Shown: positions 1-12,093 of the stretch, in pieces
Layout: each line of letters begins with the position of its first letter
Numbering within the stretch: the stretch's first letter is position 1
Assembly: GCF_036321535.1 (NCBI RefSeq)
Contig: NC_087438.1
Coordinates: 3,040,001-3,104,000, forward strand
Origin: Camelus dromedarius
Lineage: Eukaryota
Length of the DNA: 64,000 bases
Direction: 5' to 3'
Translations under genes and position numbers: made by a program
The notes under the pieces: model-generated
Told to the model about the DNA's origin: nothing
Database searches by the model: none
The model's input: only the letters and a program-made list of their open reading frames with translations

Positions 1-58
1 AGTAGTGAGAGAACTTCAGCATATGAATTTGAGGGGACACAGTTCAGCCCATGATAAC
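1..58 (-). mobile_element. MLT1 (ERVL-MaLR) LTR terminus, truncated by the window edge
   Basis: CATATGAATTTGAGGGGACACAGTTCAGCCCATGATA resembles the reverse complement of the MLT1 LTR 5' end (TGTTATGGGCTGAATTGTGTCCCC). Confidence 0.7.
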
Positions 59-74
59 GAGATAGACACAAACG

Positions 75-423
75 GAGAAACATTCTCCAGAATAACCAGC
101 CAGTGCTCTTAACAACTGCCCGTATTGTAAAATGTATGGATTAGAAGAGACTAAGACACACAGGACGAAATGCAACATGCAGTTCTGGGTTAATGCTGGA
201 ACCAAAAACCAGTATTGGCTGGAAAAACTGGGAGAAAATATAGAAAATCCACAGTTCAGTTATTAGTATTAAATAAAGTTTAATTAATTTGTGTTTTCTA
301 TTTATACCAGTATCATGTAAGATATTAATATTGAAGGAAGCTGAAAGATACAGGGAACTGTCTGTACTATCTTTGTAATTCTTCTGAAAATCCAAGATTA
401 TTTCAAAATAAAAAGCTAAAAAT
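75..423 (+). mobile_element. Ancient L1 (L1MC/L1ME-type) 3' end
   Basis: Has the motifs GAGACTAAGACAC..AAATGCAAC and GGGAACTGTCTGTACTATCTTTGTAATTCTTCTG..TTTCAAAATAAAAAG, typical of L1MC/ME 3' UTR ends. Confidence 0.65.
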
Positions 424-457
424 AAGTTACTTCTATCTTAAAAATCACCTAGCTTTA

Positions 458-614
458 TGGCACAGAGAAATATATACAAGACCTTGTGGTAGCTCACAGC
501 AAAAATGAAAATGTGACAATGACTATGTGTATGTTCATGTGTAACTGAAAAATTGTGCTCTGCACTGGAATTTGACCCAACATTGTAAAATGACTGTAAC
601 TCAATAAAAAAAAT
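458..614 (+). mobile_element. Young camelid-type L1, 5'-truncated 3' end
   Basis: GCACAGAGAAATATATACAAGACCTTGTGGTAGCTCACAG...ACATTGTAAAATGACTGTAACTCAATAAAAAAAA, ending in a polyA signal and tail. Flanked by the direct repeat 426-457/615-646. Confidence 0.85.
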
Positions 615-819
615 GTTACTTCTATCTTAAAAATCACTTAACTTTACTTGAGAGAAGAAAATAAAACAAAACCGAGGAGAAATTAAACTCACAGATTATG
701 TCTTCTTTTAATGTCTTTTCTATGCAAAGATTTTGTCTCCTTAATGACTTTTAAGTCCTCCTACATTTTTGATTTCTCAGTTTGAAAATGAGTTATGCAT
801 TCTCTTAATTCTGCTGGCC

Positions 820-1700
820 ATTCATCCCTTCATGTATTCAGGCTGCAGTCTTCAAGCATTTTTTAAGTACCTGCTATGCTCTTTGCATACAAAAAGATAA
901 GAGCATGCTCTAATCATGGAGGTGTACATGACTGGGGGGTACTGTCTGGGGCACACGTGAGTGGTGAGGGAGGCCATCTGAAATCACCTCACCACTGCAG
1001 TGCAGTTAGAGATGTAGAGGTAAGAACAGGAGATATCCAAGCAAAGAGGAGGAAATGCTTTCCTCTGCCAGGAGAAGCATGGGTAAGAGTCCCCGAAAAA
1101 AGTGACATGAGACGAAGTTCCTACAGGGCATGGGAAAATGGGTGAACAATTCAGCGGGGAGGGAGAAATGTGCATGTGAAAAAGAGGCAAAAGCTCTTAG
1201 TAGATAATTGTCGAGAACTATAAGCAACTTGGTATCATTTAGGAAGAGAATTTTTGAGCAGAGGGACTAGGGAGAGATGAGGATGGATTACAAGGTAGGT
1301 GGAGAGAGGAGTGAGATCCTGAAAGGTGTTTCTAGCCATGGGGAGCATCCGGAACTGCTCTCATCTAGGGCATGAGATCTTGAGACAGCAGTCTGTAATG
1401 ATTCACAGTAAGAGAGCAGCAAGGATGAATGGAAAGGGCTGGTCTGGAGGAACCTCAGCCAATGAGAAGCCGGTTACCCTATCCAGGTTAGAGCCGCCAT
1501 AGCACGGCTTAGATGGGTCTGGGAAAAGGAGCCAAGGAAGACAGGCTTTAGGAGAGAACGAAATGTTGGGAGATGTTTAGCCAGTTAAAAACAATCAACA
1601 ATCAACAGTTATTCACCCATTGAATGAAAGGGCAGAGGGAGAGACACGATGCTAGGAATATTTTCAGATTTTTGTCTTTGGAGTGTGATTAGATTTTACT
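820..1700 (-). mobile_element. L2 LINE fragment(s)
   Basis: Starts with CATTCATCC..AAGCATTTTTTAAGTACCTGCTATGC (L2 3' end reversed), followed by degenerate purine-rich L2-like body. Confidence 0.55.
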
Positions 1701-1821
1701 ACTAAGACTGCTACCAGCACCGCGGTAGTGCTAACATAACTACCAGATGTAGGAGGGAAAATCCTGCAGCTGCCGCCACTACTAGGCCCAGTACCGCCGA
1801 AGTGCTTCCTTCCGTGGCAGG

Positions 1822-1998
1822 TGGGGCTGGCTTCTTTGCTGGGCATCCTGGGCAGTTACACAAGGCCCTGCACTCAGAAGGGGCCTACACTTTATTTAAT
1901 GCTTTGCTTTGACATCTTGAAAGTCTTAATTTTTGAAAACAAATAGTCCCATGTTTTCACGTTGCAATGAACCCCGCATCTTATGTAGCTGTTCTTGT
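1822..1998. mobile_element. MER91-like hAT DNA transposon (MITE)
   Basis: GCAGTTACACAAGGCCCTGCACTCAGAAGGGGCC..TTTAATGCT..CATCTTGAAA..CCCCGCATCTTATGTAGC resembles MER91A. Confidence 0.6.
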
Positions 1999-2004
1999 TG
2001 TCAA

Positions 2005-2215
2005 GTAATATTCTATGTGCTTTATATTCATTAACCTTTTCACTCTCCAAGTCCTACCTGGTCTACAGTCATTATGACTGACCTCATCTTACAGGTGGAG
2101 ACGTTAAAGCACAGAAGCATTAAGTAACTTGCCTAAAACCACACATCTGGCAAGTGCCATGGCTGGGCTTCGAGCTCAGGCACGCACCGAGTCTAGCGCA
2201 TGTGCTGCGCCTCTC
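2005..2215 (-). mobile_element. MIR SINE
   Basis: MIR core CATCTTACAGGTGGAGAC..AAGTAACTTGCCTAAAACCACACA. Confidence 0.7.
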
Positions 2216-2339
2216 CACAGCTGTGTCTAAAGAAAGTAACTCATAAAGTGTGGAGGGTGAGAGGACAAGAGATGGGCCAGATATGTTTGGTTTTGAAGTG
2301 GAAAACCGTGGAAGAAGTCCTGCTTCAAAGGCGGTCTTC

Positions 2340-3500
2340 ATATCTGTCACAGCGTCCCTGGTTTCCTTTTGATTCCGTCTTGGTATTTCTGTCACTGTCC
2401 CTACGTTACGCATCTGACCTTTCATGCTGTATACTTTTTCCCATTAACATTTGCCCCCAACACGTCGATCTCAGTGCTTTTAGCTCCAAAATCTCTGTCC
2501 TGTCCGAGTCTAATTCTGGTGTGTGTTTGGCCTCTTTAGACTGTTTTTCTTGCCTCTTAGCACGCCCTGCAATTTTTACTGAAAGGCAGACGCGATGTAT
2601 CTGAGAATAGGAGCCAAAGTAGACAGGTTTTAGCGTGACGTTTTATGCCAGCCTGGCCAGGAACTGAGCTGCGTTCAGACCTTCCATTCCCTCTGGTGTC
2701 CTTGCTCTGTTTTGTTTTGTATTTTCTGTTTTTTTTCCTCCCCTGCTGTCTTTGGTTTTCCCTAAGAACTTCCTCTTAAGTAGAGTCTGTCTTGCAGCTC
2801 TTCCGGGTGTGACTCACTATTAGTATACAAGAATTCTGTTGACACCATGTCAAGGTATTGAAGCTGGGAAGCATTCTACAACCTTAAGACTAAATCTGTC
2901 TTTTAATGGGCTTGCTTTCCTGTGTGTGGCCTTTGCAAGCGTTCCTTAGCCTTTTCCCTTTCCCTTAGGTGAGACAAAAGGGTCTTGAGGATTGAAGTTG
3001 GGTAATTACCTGCTGACTCTGTGAGGCAAGTATCTAGGAGACTGTTCTGCGGATGGATAAGCTGGGTTATAGAGAACACTCAAGACTTATTTCAAAAGCA
3101 TTATGTTATGTTTCTTCCTTCTGCAAAAGCACATGATGATTTTTCTCTGATCTATTGTGGGAACCAAGTTAGGTTCCTGGAAGTAAAAGTCACCATAATG
3201 TGGGGACCATCCTAAGACTGGGTCCCCAGGAGTTCTCTAGTTTTTAACTCTCATTCCTCAAAATGAATCATGAAATGTCTTCCTAGCTATAGCTCTAGTG
3301 GCTTCTTCTCCAACTGAACTGACCTTGGCTATGACTCTCTCTAGTCATGTCTATGGACTTTGGGGTAGCAATGTGCCCTGCGACCTCAATTCTTTAATCC
3401 AGGTGATTGATTTTCAGGGTTTTTTTTTTTTTTTTTGGCTTTTTCTTTTAAGGACTGGAGATACAAATTCCAAGTTCTTCACATGTTAGAGTTGAAATCA
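2340..3500 (-). mobile_element. Ancient L1 (L1M) 5'/ORF1-region fragment
   Basis: T-rich degenerate sequence resembling antisense L1M. The reverse strand gives an L1 ORF1-like peptide fragment (RRNQKE..AVTDMKTAFE). Confidence 0.5.
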
Positions 3501-6500
3501 AGGTAGGCATGCTTTCAGGTTAATCTGTGTCAAACTAGAGGGTCCTGTTGTGTATCTGGGAGACATTTGGGAACATTCATCTTCACCCAGGAGAAAGCCA
3601 GCCAATTCCGACATGCCAGTCTCCATCAGACAAATGGTCGTCTTCTTGGTTACTCCTTTGAGAATGTCAAATCCATGCCCATGGCTTCAGCATGGATGTG
3701 GGCCCTGAAGGCAGAATACTTACTTGCTTAGGAAAAGGAGGGTCGGTTCTCAGGGTCAAGAGAGACTGCGTGCAGACCTAGAAGTAACTACAGTCAAGAG
3801 AAAGCTTGGGGAGGAAGGGAATGACCAAGAGTGTAAAATTTTGTAGAGATCAAGTGATTCAGGCTCAGAAAACTGTCCTTGGATTTGAACAAACCTTTTA
3901 AATTCAAGAAGTAGTTTTTTTTTTTTTTTCCAAAATGCACAATATGATAAAAATGTTCGCTTTGATAAGTGTTTGAAGAAGGGCAACAGCAAAGTCCCAA
4001 AGCTACAGGGAAGTGACATTTAAGCCTGACTCAACACGGTCATAACTCTTTCCACAACACAAATCTGACAAGGCAGCGAGGAACACGTGTGGAGCTGTCC
4101 ATCAGAGACAGAGATGCCTTCCTCTATGGTGCTATTTCAAGAGCATTTATAAACACAGTGACACAGAGCACATGCGTGCACACATGCGAATGGACAGGAG
4201 GCCTGTGAAATGCACAGAAAGGAAGTTCTGACTTGAATAAGAACGTAGATCAATAGTTTTCAAAGAAGACATGCAAAGACAAACGGAGTGAAAGATGGAA
4301 CCTAGAGAAGTTTTCCTGAAAGTCTCAGCAAGTAAAGATGCACCCCCTTCTTCCACAGACATGCACAGGAGCCCAGATCACAGTGTCCTTCCTCCCAGAA
4401 GTTTGCATTTTAAGGAGAAATTAAAAGGGAGACAGAGGACCTACATTTTGGGCCTCATGAGAGCTCTTTCCTCTCATGAGGTCTTCCTGTGTTTTAACTA
4501 AAACTGTCCGAGCTATCCTTAAACTGGAAGTAACTGCAAGAAGTTCCCAGGATACTCACTGAACAAGAAAGCCTTCTGAACGCCTCCAAAAGCCATGAGA
4601 TGTTGACATGCCTGGCATGGGTCCAACATGGATTTAGAAGTCCCTCTGCTTTAAAATAAGCTTGATGTCAGTTCTATCAGTTATAAAATCATGAAATTAC
4701 TGAATAGAGCACCTGGAGTGCATGTCTCAAGGCACAGGCATGTATAAATACCAGTCTTACCAATTTATTTTGGAATTTTGATACATCTTTAAACTGACGA
4801 TCTGAGCTAGAACACTTACTTAAACGCAGACACAGCTGTTGCATGCTTATGGCCAAATCATGCTTTATGTATTTCTATTGGGTTGAAGTAGCTCAAATGC
4901 GACCTCCTGGTGCCAGGACAAATGAGTACCACGCATGATTGTGTGATGGAATCAGCGGGTCAGCGTGGAATCACTTTGTGTTTTCTGCTTATCCCCAAAG
5001 TACTAGTTCCCAGCTCCAATGAGACAGAGTAAGACTTCCTCAATTCCTGTTACAGAATTTAAAAAGATTAAAAATTGCAAATCTCCTATGTATCCTGTTA
5101 CAACAAATGAGGCTGAAATTTACTACAGATTTTGAGTTACTTCCTCCGCACCCCGGCACAAGCCTGTCTGTTATCACAGGAAATAGCAGCTTGTTCATAA
5201 AAGTTTCTTTCAGAGGTGCAGTTTGTGTGACCTACAGGGCAGAGTGCAGACTTTTGTAAACCAGCTGAAGGGACGACTTCTGTACATTCACTCAGCAGCT
5301 GGGGAATGTATTTTCCTCCGAGACCGGACAAGGAAAGAATTCCTTTGTGCCTGCACCGTTCCAAATGGTGACGAGAGGGCTGAATACGTTAATTTCAAAT
5401 AAAAGGAAATTTGGACACATGTGTGACTTACTATTTGAGAATGTAGATCTAGCTGCCTCTGATTGTTTGTTTTATTTAAACAGGTTTAAAAGCATGCTCC
5501 ATTTTCCCTTTCCCCGGAGAAAGGAGGCTCTCTTGAGTACGGGCTCGACGTAAATTACGTGATTCTGTCTTCGAGCCACCTGGAGGAAGGGTGCTTGCCC
5601 GGATCACAGACGATTACTTCGGAGGCAGCAAAGTATTACCTAAGCAACTGGGCTTTACAAGATGGAGGATTTAGGGCCAAGATATCTGGCCTGGGGACAT
5701 GGCCAGAGAGTTATTAAAATCAGCTCAAGGGTTAGCAGGAGCATTCTGAAGAGGGTACATTGTCCAGAAAGAGAACTGAAGGCAGGTGGGTTTCTACTGT
5801 GCCTGGTGGCGGCAATAACTGAATGGCAGCCTAGAGCAAGCCAGGGGCATCCATCAAAGCCACAGCCACTCAGTTCCTGGAACAAGTTGTAATGTCTGCT
5901 TATCATAGAGTTTAATTCCCCAATGAAGGAAACAAAGGCGAGTATCAACACAGAGCAAATTTTCTTTGACACCAGGAAGCGAAGCAAGGGACCAGCCCCT
6001 TCTCAATCCCATCTTTGTTAAAATAAACTCTCGCTTTACAGCTCATTCCGGATGTCAGTCAAACCCTACACGTTAGCACCAAACAGCACCCGTGACTATA
6101 GCCTCAAAAGAAACAGAGTGGGACTTGAAGGAGAAGAGACTCCAGGTGACTCCCTCATTAGAATAGGAACCGAGCTGCCGTGTGAGCCAGACACAGCGGA
6201 CGCGTTTGGGAAAGTAACCAGCCCTTGGGGCTGGTGCTGTTTTGTTTTGTTTTGTTTGTTCCTTGTTTTTTAATTAGTCGTCACTGTGATAGCCTCATGT
6301 GTGAGTGGGTGAATGCTGGGGTCTTCTCTAAAAGCACGTGGTTATTTTTAAAAGGGTGCAGGATACTCTTCATTCTTTTATTTTCCTAGGTTAAAGCACA
6401 ACTGTGCTCTCCCTAAAATAGGGTCTACATCTAGTAATTTTCCTTTAAAAGTATCCCGCCTCCTCTAAAAGTGACCACTGCGGTGGGGGGGTGGGGCACG

Positions 6501-6924
6501 GAGTGACCTCATCACAGGTTCAGCTGAGATTTATAGACAGAAGGTGTAGGAGAGACGCTTTCCAGCTCTCACTGTCTACACTCTGGGCCTCATGCAGCAC
6601 CAGCTAAGACCACTTATTTATCCACGGAATGCATCAGGGAGGTGTGGTACTGTTACCTAGAAATAGGACACTTGGAAAGAAAAGGATGGACTTTGACTGA
6701 AACTAGTAGCATAGTAGCCCACTTTTGGGGCTCATCGCCTCGACTGTTTCCCTTTAGGATGTCCATATACTTGCGGGAAGCTCACAAAGAATTTACAGAG
6801 AAAGGTTCCCCGTGTCTAGGGTCTCAAGGCAAAGCGCAGCCTGACTTCCTACAATCGCAGCGTCTGGGCGGTTCACTTCGCCAGCCTAGGAACAAAGGCA
6901 AGGAGAGACCCTCACAGAGTCCCG

Positions 6925-7340
6925 AGTGAAGTCAGCCAGCTAGAGAAAGGAAAATGCCATATGACACCTCTTGCATGTGGAATCCAAAAAAAAAAAAAAA
7001 AGAAAAAGAAAAAGAAAGAAAAGAAAAGAACAAAGAAGACACTAATGAACTTATTTACAAAACAGAGAGAGACTCACATAGTAAACAATCGTATGACCAG
7101 GAGGGAAAGAGGGTGGGAAGGGATAAATTGGGGGTTGCAAATATTAACTACTATATTAAAATAGATAAACAACAAGTTTCTACTCTACAGCACAGGGAAC
7201 TATATTCAATATCTTGCAGTAAACTATAATGAAAAAGATATGAAAATGAATATATGTACATACATGTACAACTGAAATATTATGTTGTGCACCAGAAATG
7301 GATGCAACATTGTAAACTGACTATTCTTCAATTAAAAAAA
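6925..7340 (+). mobile_element. Camelid/cetartiodactyl-type L1 3' end
   Basis: GTGAAGTCAGCCAG..AATGAACTTATTTACAAAACAGA..GGGAAGGGATAAATTGGG..CATTGTAAACTGACTATTCTTCAATTAAAAAAA. Degenerate TSD AGACCCTCACAGAGTCCC (6906-6923) vs AGACTCTAACAGAGTTCC (7349-7366). Confidence 0.85.
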
Positions 7341-10009
7341 GAACCAAAAGACTCTAACAGAGTTCCAGGCACAATTGTTGAAAAAGCTACAAAAAGCCTG
7401 GACTCACTTGGTGTCTGTAGCCTCAGAACCACAGACTCCCCTACAAGTGGGCCCGGTTCTTGCCAGCTCTCCAGGAGGAGGATGGTTGTCTTTATATGCA
7501 TTCATCCTCCCCCAGGAACGGCCGTGTTTCATGTCTGGCCACCCAACGATCTTCTTGAGTTCCCCTGTTTATTGGAAATAGAGTGAGCCGTGGGATCATG
7601 TGAACTTGAAGCTGCAGTGACCAGAGCATTTGTCATATGTGTTTCCCAAGAAATGACGTTTCATAAAGCTGAGGGTATGGGGTTTCTTGGAACCACAAGA
7701 TGGCAATAACTTATCACCAGCATCACACCAGGATCACCAAGAGGGCTGTCTCAAGATGAAGCATCACCGACCTCTGGGATCCACAAACCACAGCTTTGGG
7801 GGACCGACATTTACCACATCGGGGTCGGGGCTGCCGAGAAGAGCCCAACGCCAGGCCTCTCCCTAGAAATGCTGTCCTGGGCAGAGAGTCCACCTCCACC
7901 TCATCTGAGGCTAGCAGTGCCCAAATATGCAGCTGTGCTCGTCAGAGTCTAAGACACCAGGGTCTGGGAGGAGCACCCTGGTTCTTACAATGGTTTTCAT
8001 GTTTTTCTATCAATTTTCATGTTTTTCTGTTAATCAGGTCAATAAACAAAGAGGAAGGCCACAGACACGTAGTGCCATTCTGTGATTGTTTCATACACTT
8101 GCATTGCAGGTGTTCACAACGGAGACTCAGAACTTAACTCTGCACCTGGGCAGCCCAGACTCCAGGACCAGGGCCTCTGATGCAGGAAAGGGAAGGTGGA
8201 GGAAACCCATATGCAGCTCTCCTCCCTCCCAACCTTCTGGGCACCCACCTGTCCCCATCCCTACAAGACATGACACTTGGCCAAAGGCAAGCTTGTGGAG
8301 AGATGGTCTCAGACCCTTCCAGAGGGACAGGGCCTTGCTTGAGCACTGCCCTCCCATCTTCTCTGCACTGAGGCTGCTGGCAAAGGGTTCTTCCTGTCTC
8401 CATTCATGTCAGCCTTTGGCCATTTCCATCCAGAAGAGAGAGATTGGAGCCCTTGTGGATTTAAATGAGTTGCAGCAACCTGAAGACAGCCTTTGAATTA
8501 GAATGGAGTCCTAGAACTCCAGTCCAGCCAGCCAGCCCTCAGATCACATCAGGACGGCATCCTTTCTCTGAAACGTTGACCCTGTGTCCCTTCTGAGCGA
8601 TGAGGTGACTCCACACATACCTCACTTTGCCTTATTTCCATTCTTTCTCTACTTGTGCATTTTGGGCAGTTTATGAAACTTGGAAAGAAATAATAAATTG
8701 GCCCAGGAAATGCCAGTTGGTAAGTTGAGTGGCCCACAATAACTCAGGAGGAAAGCTGATGTCAACCCCAGGCCTGTGGTTTGGAGAGAAATGTGTAACG
8801 TCCTCACTCTCTTTTCACGTTCTCAGTGCTAATACGACACTTTGAGACTCCCAGAGCCTGTGGGAACCTTGGAGTCCCGCCCAGGCTTCTATCTCCAGGA
8901 GGGACGCATCCAAGTGGAAAGGGTGGCCTCGGGGGATGGTGGGGACAGTTACTAACAAGTCAGACACTGCTGAGCTCAGAAGGAAGGGGAAAGTCCAATT
9001 AGGAAGTGAGAGAAACATCAAGAACACTAGGTCACTAATCCCACAGGGTTTCAACACCGTCTGCTGATCCACGAGCTCTGGATTCAGTGCGCACGGAGGG
9101 AGGAAAGGACAGCATCGTTTTCTCTGCCTTGACATAACTACGCGTTTGTTGGGAGCGGAGGCCCTGAGATTGAAGAGAGATGGAAGATGAATGGGGGAAG
9201 GGGCTCCAGGTGGTGTGAACGGGGACTTGCGAGGTAAATGTGATGAGGAGCCCAGTCGCAGCATTTGATGGGATTATCTGGAGGAGAGGTTGGCAGCGTG
9301 AATCCATCCTGACCTCAGGGCCCAGGTGCCCTTGGGGAGCACAGCCGGTGCCCAGGTGAGGCTGGGACTCCCGGGAAACCTACGCACACACACGCAGGGC
9401 ACACCTGCTTGCTCTCACATCCACACCCGCTCACAGAGACTCTGCCTGAACTCTGAAGGGCACAGCCCAGGCCCCGACCCTGACAGGTGTCAGCTCTCAC
9501 CCACTGTCTGTTGCCTCAACCTCAACAAAGGTAGCAAAACAAACAGGCACGGGAACTCGGAGGCAGGCCCGAGGCCATTTGTCACAGAGACGGGAGTGGC
9601 TGCCAGCGTTAATTGTAGAGCGTCATTGCAAGGGACTCATCTCTGAGCAGCGCTCCTTTGATGTCTCCCAGGGAACAAACTCCGCGAGGGGCGCGCAGAG
9701 TCCAGATCACCATCCGCACCTTCCTCACCAGCCCTTCCCCTGCGGGGCCCTGACTCGACCTTCAGTGAATGCACATCCAGGCTGCATCAAGTTCAACACC
9801 AAGAAACTTGCTAGCGATTAAAAAGAGATCACTGTGTCTGGATGGTCGACAGTGTTTTAAGGACCTTTTTTTTTTTTTTTTTTCAACAGGAACTTCCAAC
9901 TCATGTCCTGTGAACAGCTCTGCATTCATAAACCATCACATTTCCCCAAACTGACATAACTTCTTACTTCCCATTAGTTCCCAAGCTTCCTTCCGGTGGG
10001 TAGCTAGCT

Positions 10010-10800
10010 TCCGAGCTGCCCAGATACCACGGTAACTGAGCGCGTGGCTTGATTAAAGGGGAAAGAGCCGTGTGTGCGGGTGACCTGGCTCTGAGTTATT
10101 CCGGGGATGAGGGCAGACGCTCGGTGCCAAAGCCCCAGGACCCCCTCTGCTGGATGGACAGGCGGAACCGCAGGCGGGGCCCGCTATGGGGCGGCGGCGG
10201 CGGCGGCGGCGGCGAAGGGGACGACCTGCTGCGACACCAGCGCTCCCGCAGGAGGCGGGCGGCGGCCAGCGAGCCGCCCCGAGGGCAGCCGGCGCCCGCG
10301 TCGCCCCCCGGCCGCGGGAGGCCGGGGCTGCAGCCTCAGCGCCCACGGAGGAGGCCGGGGCCCGAGGCGCCCGCGCCCCGCCGCCCGCAACCGCGCCCGC
10401 CTGCGCCGCGGGCTGCGTGCGGGTCCGGGGCTGGGCCGCTCGGCTTGGCAGACGCACACGGCCTTTTTGCAATGAAGCTCCCGATCAGTTAGAAATGATT
10501 TGGCCCAGAAACAATATTAAAGCAACGAGGGACATGGGAGATTTCAAGGTTCCGTGTGCCAATGTGGGATCCAGGGGGTGCGCGCCTTGGGCCTGGAGAC
10601 CCGGAGCCGGTCTGCCCCGCTCCCACCCGGCCGCGCAGAGACCCGAGGGCGGGTCCCGGCGCTCACGGAGGGAGGCCGACCCACGGAAACCACGACGGCT
10701 GCGCGCCCTCTGCTAAGGGTGGGAGCCCTTCATGACTGTGTCAGAAACACATTGTCCCCGACACGCGCGGCATCTAAGCATCGCGGGTTTTGCGCTGTTT
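10010..10800. promoter_or_regulatory. CpG island (promoter- or enhancer-like)
   Basis: Very high GC with dense retained CpGs, GC-box-like motifs (AGGCGGGG, GGGCGG) and a GGC repeat, in sharp contrast with the flanks. Confidence 0.85.
10190..10213 (+). repeat. (GGC)8 trinucleotide repeat
   Basis: Eight perfect GGC units read directly. Confidence 0.95.
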
Positions 10801-11567
10801 TGTAGCTGAAACAGGGATGAGGGCTCAACGGCTCTGTCTGTTGGACACACCAGTGTTCGAGCTCAGGCCTGCCAGCCTGAAAGTCGGCAGGTGGAATGCG
10901 CAGCACATCCTTGTTGATGCTCTGTATTAAAATGAGCGTTTCTACAATGAAACAACATGAAAACTTCCGGCAGTGCTTTCTCCCCACCATCAGGTCAGCA
11001 GATGCGCGCACGTTTAGAAAAGGGGATTCACTGTATGACAGACAAACACTGTCTTCGCTTTATTTATTCAGTAACGTTGGGTGGTTAAAGAGGAGGATTG
11101 TCACAGTTTTAAAGGAGAGAGTGTTCTAAATGAGGAAGGGACTCAGTTGGACCAGGGAATGTCATTTTGTTATTTTTCTCCTCAAAACAAAGATCTTTAA
11201 TTCCAGTGTGCTGCAGGAGTTTCAGGATGTGTTCCTGGAGTTTTTCAGTCATCGTCGGGACGGCCCACTGTTCACTTCTGCGTGTCACTGAATGAAGCAT
11301 CAAACCAAAACAGCGCAGACCCTGAGCTCCTGTTCACACCAGAAGGAGGCTCACAAGGCAAAGTCACAAGGTCGTGATTTGGAGGGTGGACGTTTCTGAG
11401 CAGGTGCTGGTCTTCACACAGACACTTCCAAGTCTTCATTCTGGAAATATATTTTATTGCATTGAATTTCAAGTACGTATTTGGTCTCCTGACTCTATGC
11501 TCGAAGCTGGAGACAGACAAGTTACAGTGACCTCTGGACTCTGACCTCAGGAACCGGTTGCATTTGT

Positions 11568-12093
11568 TGTATCCCTGGTTGAACCAATGGCTCTCCCATA
11601 TCAAAGAACCATTATCAAATATTTGTTCAGCTTGATCAAGACAGATCAAGACAGATCGAGACAGATTTATATTGATTTCAACTCGAAAGTTCTAAGTTGT
11701 CTTCATGAAAGATATATGATATCTATATATGCTCATGTCGACAAATCTCCTTATTTTTAACACTTCACCCCTGGGTGTGGGTGTGGTATGTAGTTGTAAG
11801 TTTATAAGTAGATGTAATTCACTAAAGCGTGCTGGGGCTCTCAGGCACGGGCTGGAGCTGCTGTCCACAGACCAAATTTCTTCTCAGGGAAACTTCAATT
11901 CTGCCCTTACAGCCTTTTAATGAATTGAATGGGACACATTTGTATTTTCTAGAATGATCTCCTTTACTTAAAGTAAACCATGTAGATGTTCACCACGTCT
12001 ATGAAATGCTTCCCCTCAATGCCTGGACCAGTATTTCATGAACTGGGGTTATGTACAGACCGGCCAAGCTGACCCATAAAACTGGGCATCACA
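11568..12093 (-). mobile_element. MLT2 (ERVL) solo LTR
   Basis: Ends CCAAGCTGACCCATAAAACTGGGCATCACA (reverse of the MLT2 5' end). Internal CTCCTTTACTTAAAGT motif. Confidence 0.7.

Noticed and set aside
10243..10262. CTCF-like motif CCCGCAGGAGGCGG in the CpG island
   Set aside because: Imperfect match, and such matches are common in GC-rich DNA.
10049..10716. Overlapping 120-176 aa ORFs on both strands of the CpG island
   Set aside because: Low-complexity Arg/Pro/Gly/Ala-rich frames are expected where high GC makes stop codons scarce. No recognisable domain and no convincing exon structure.
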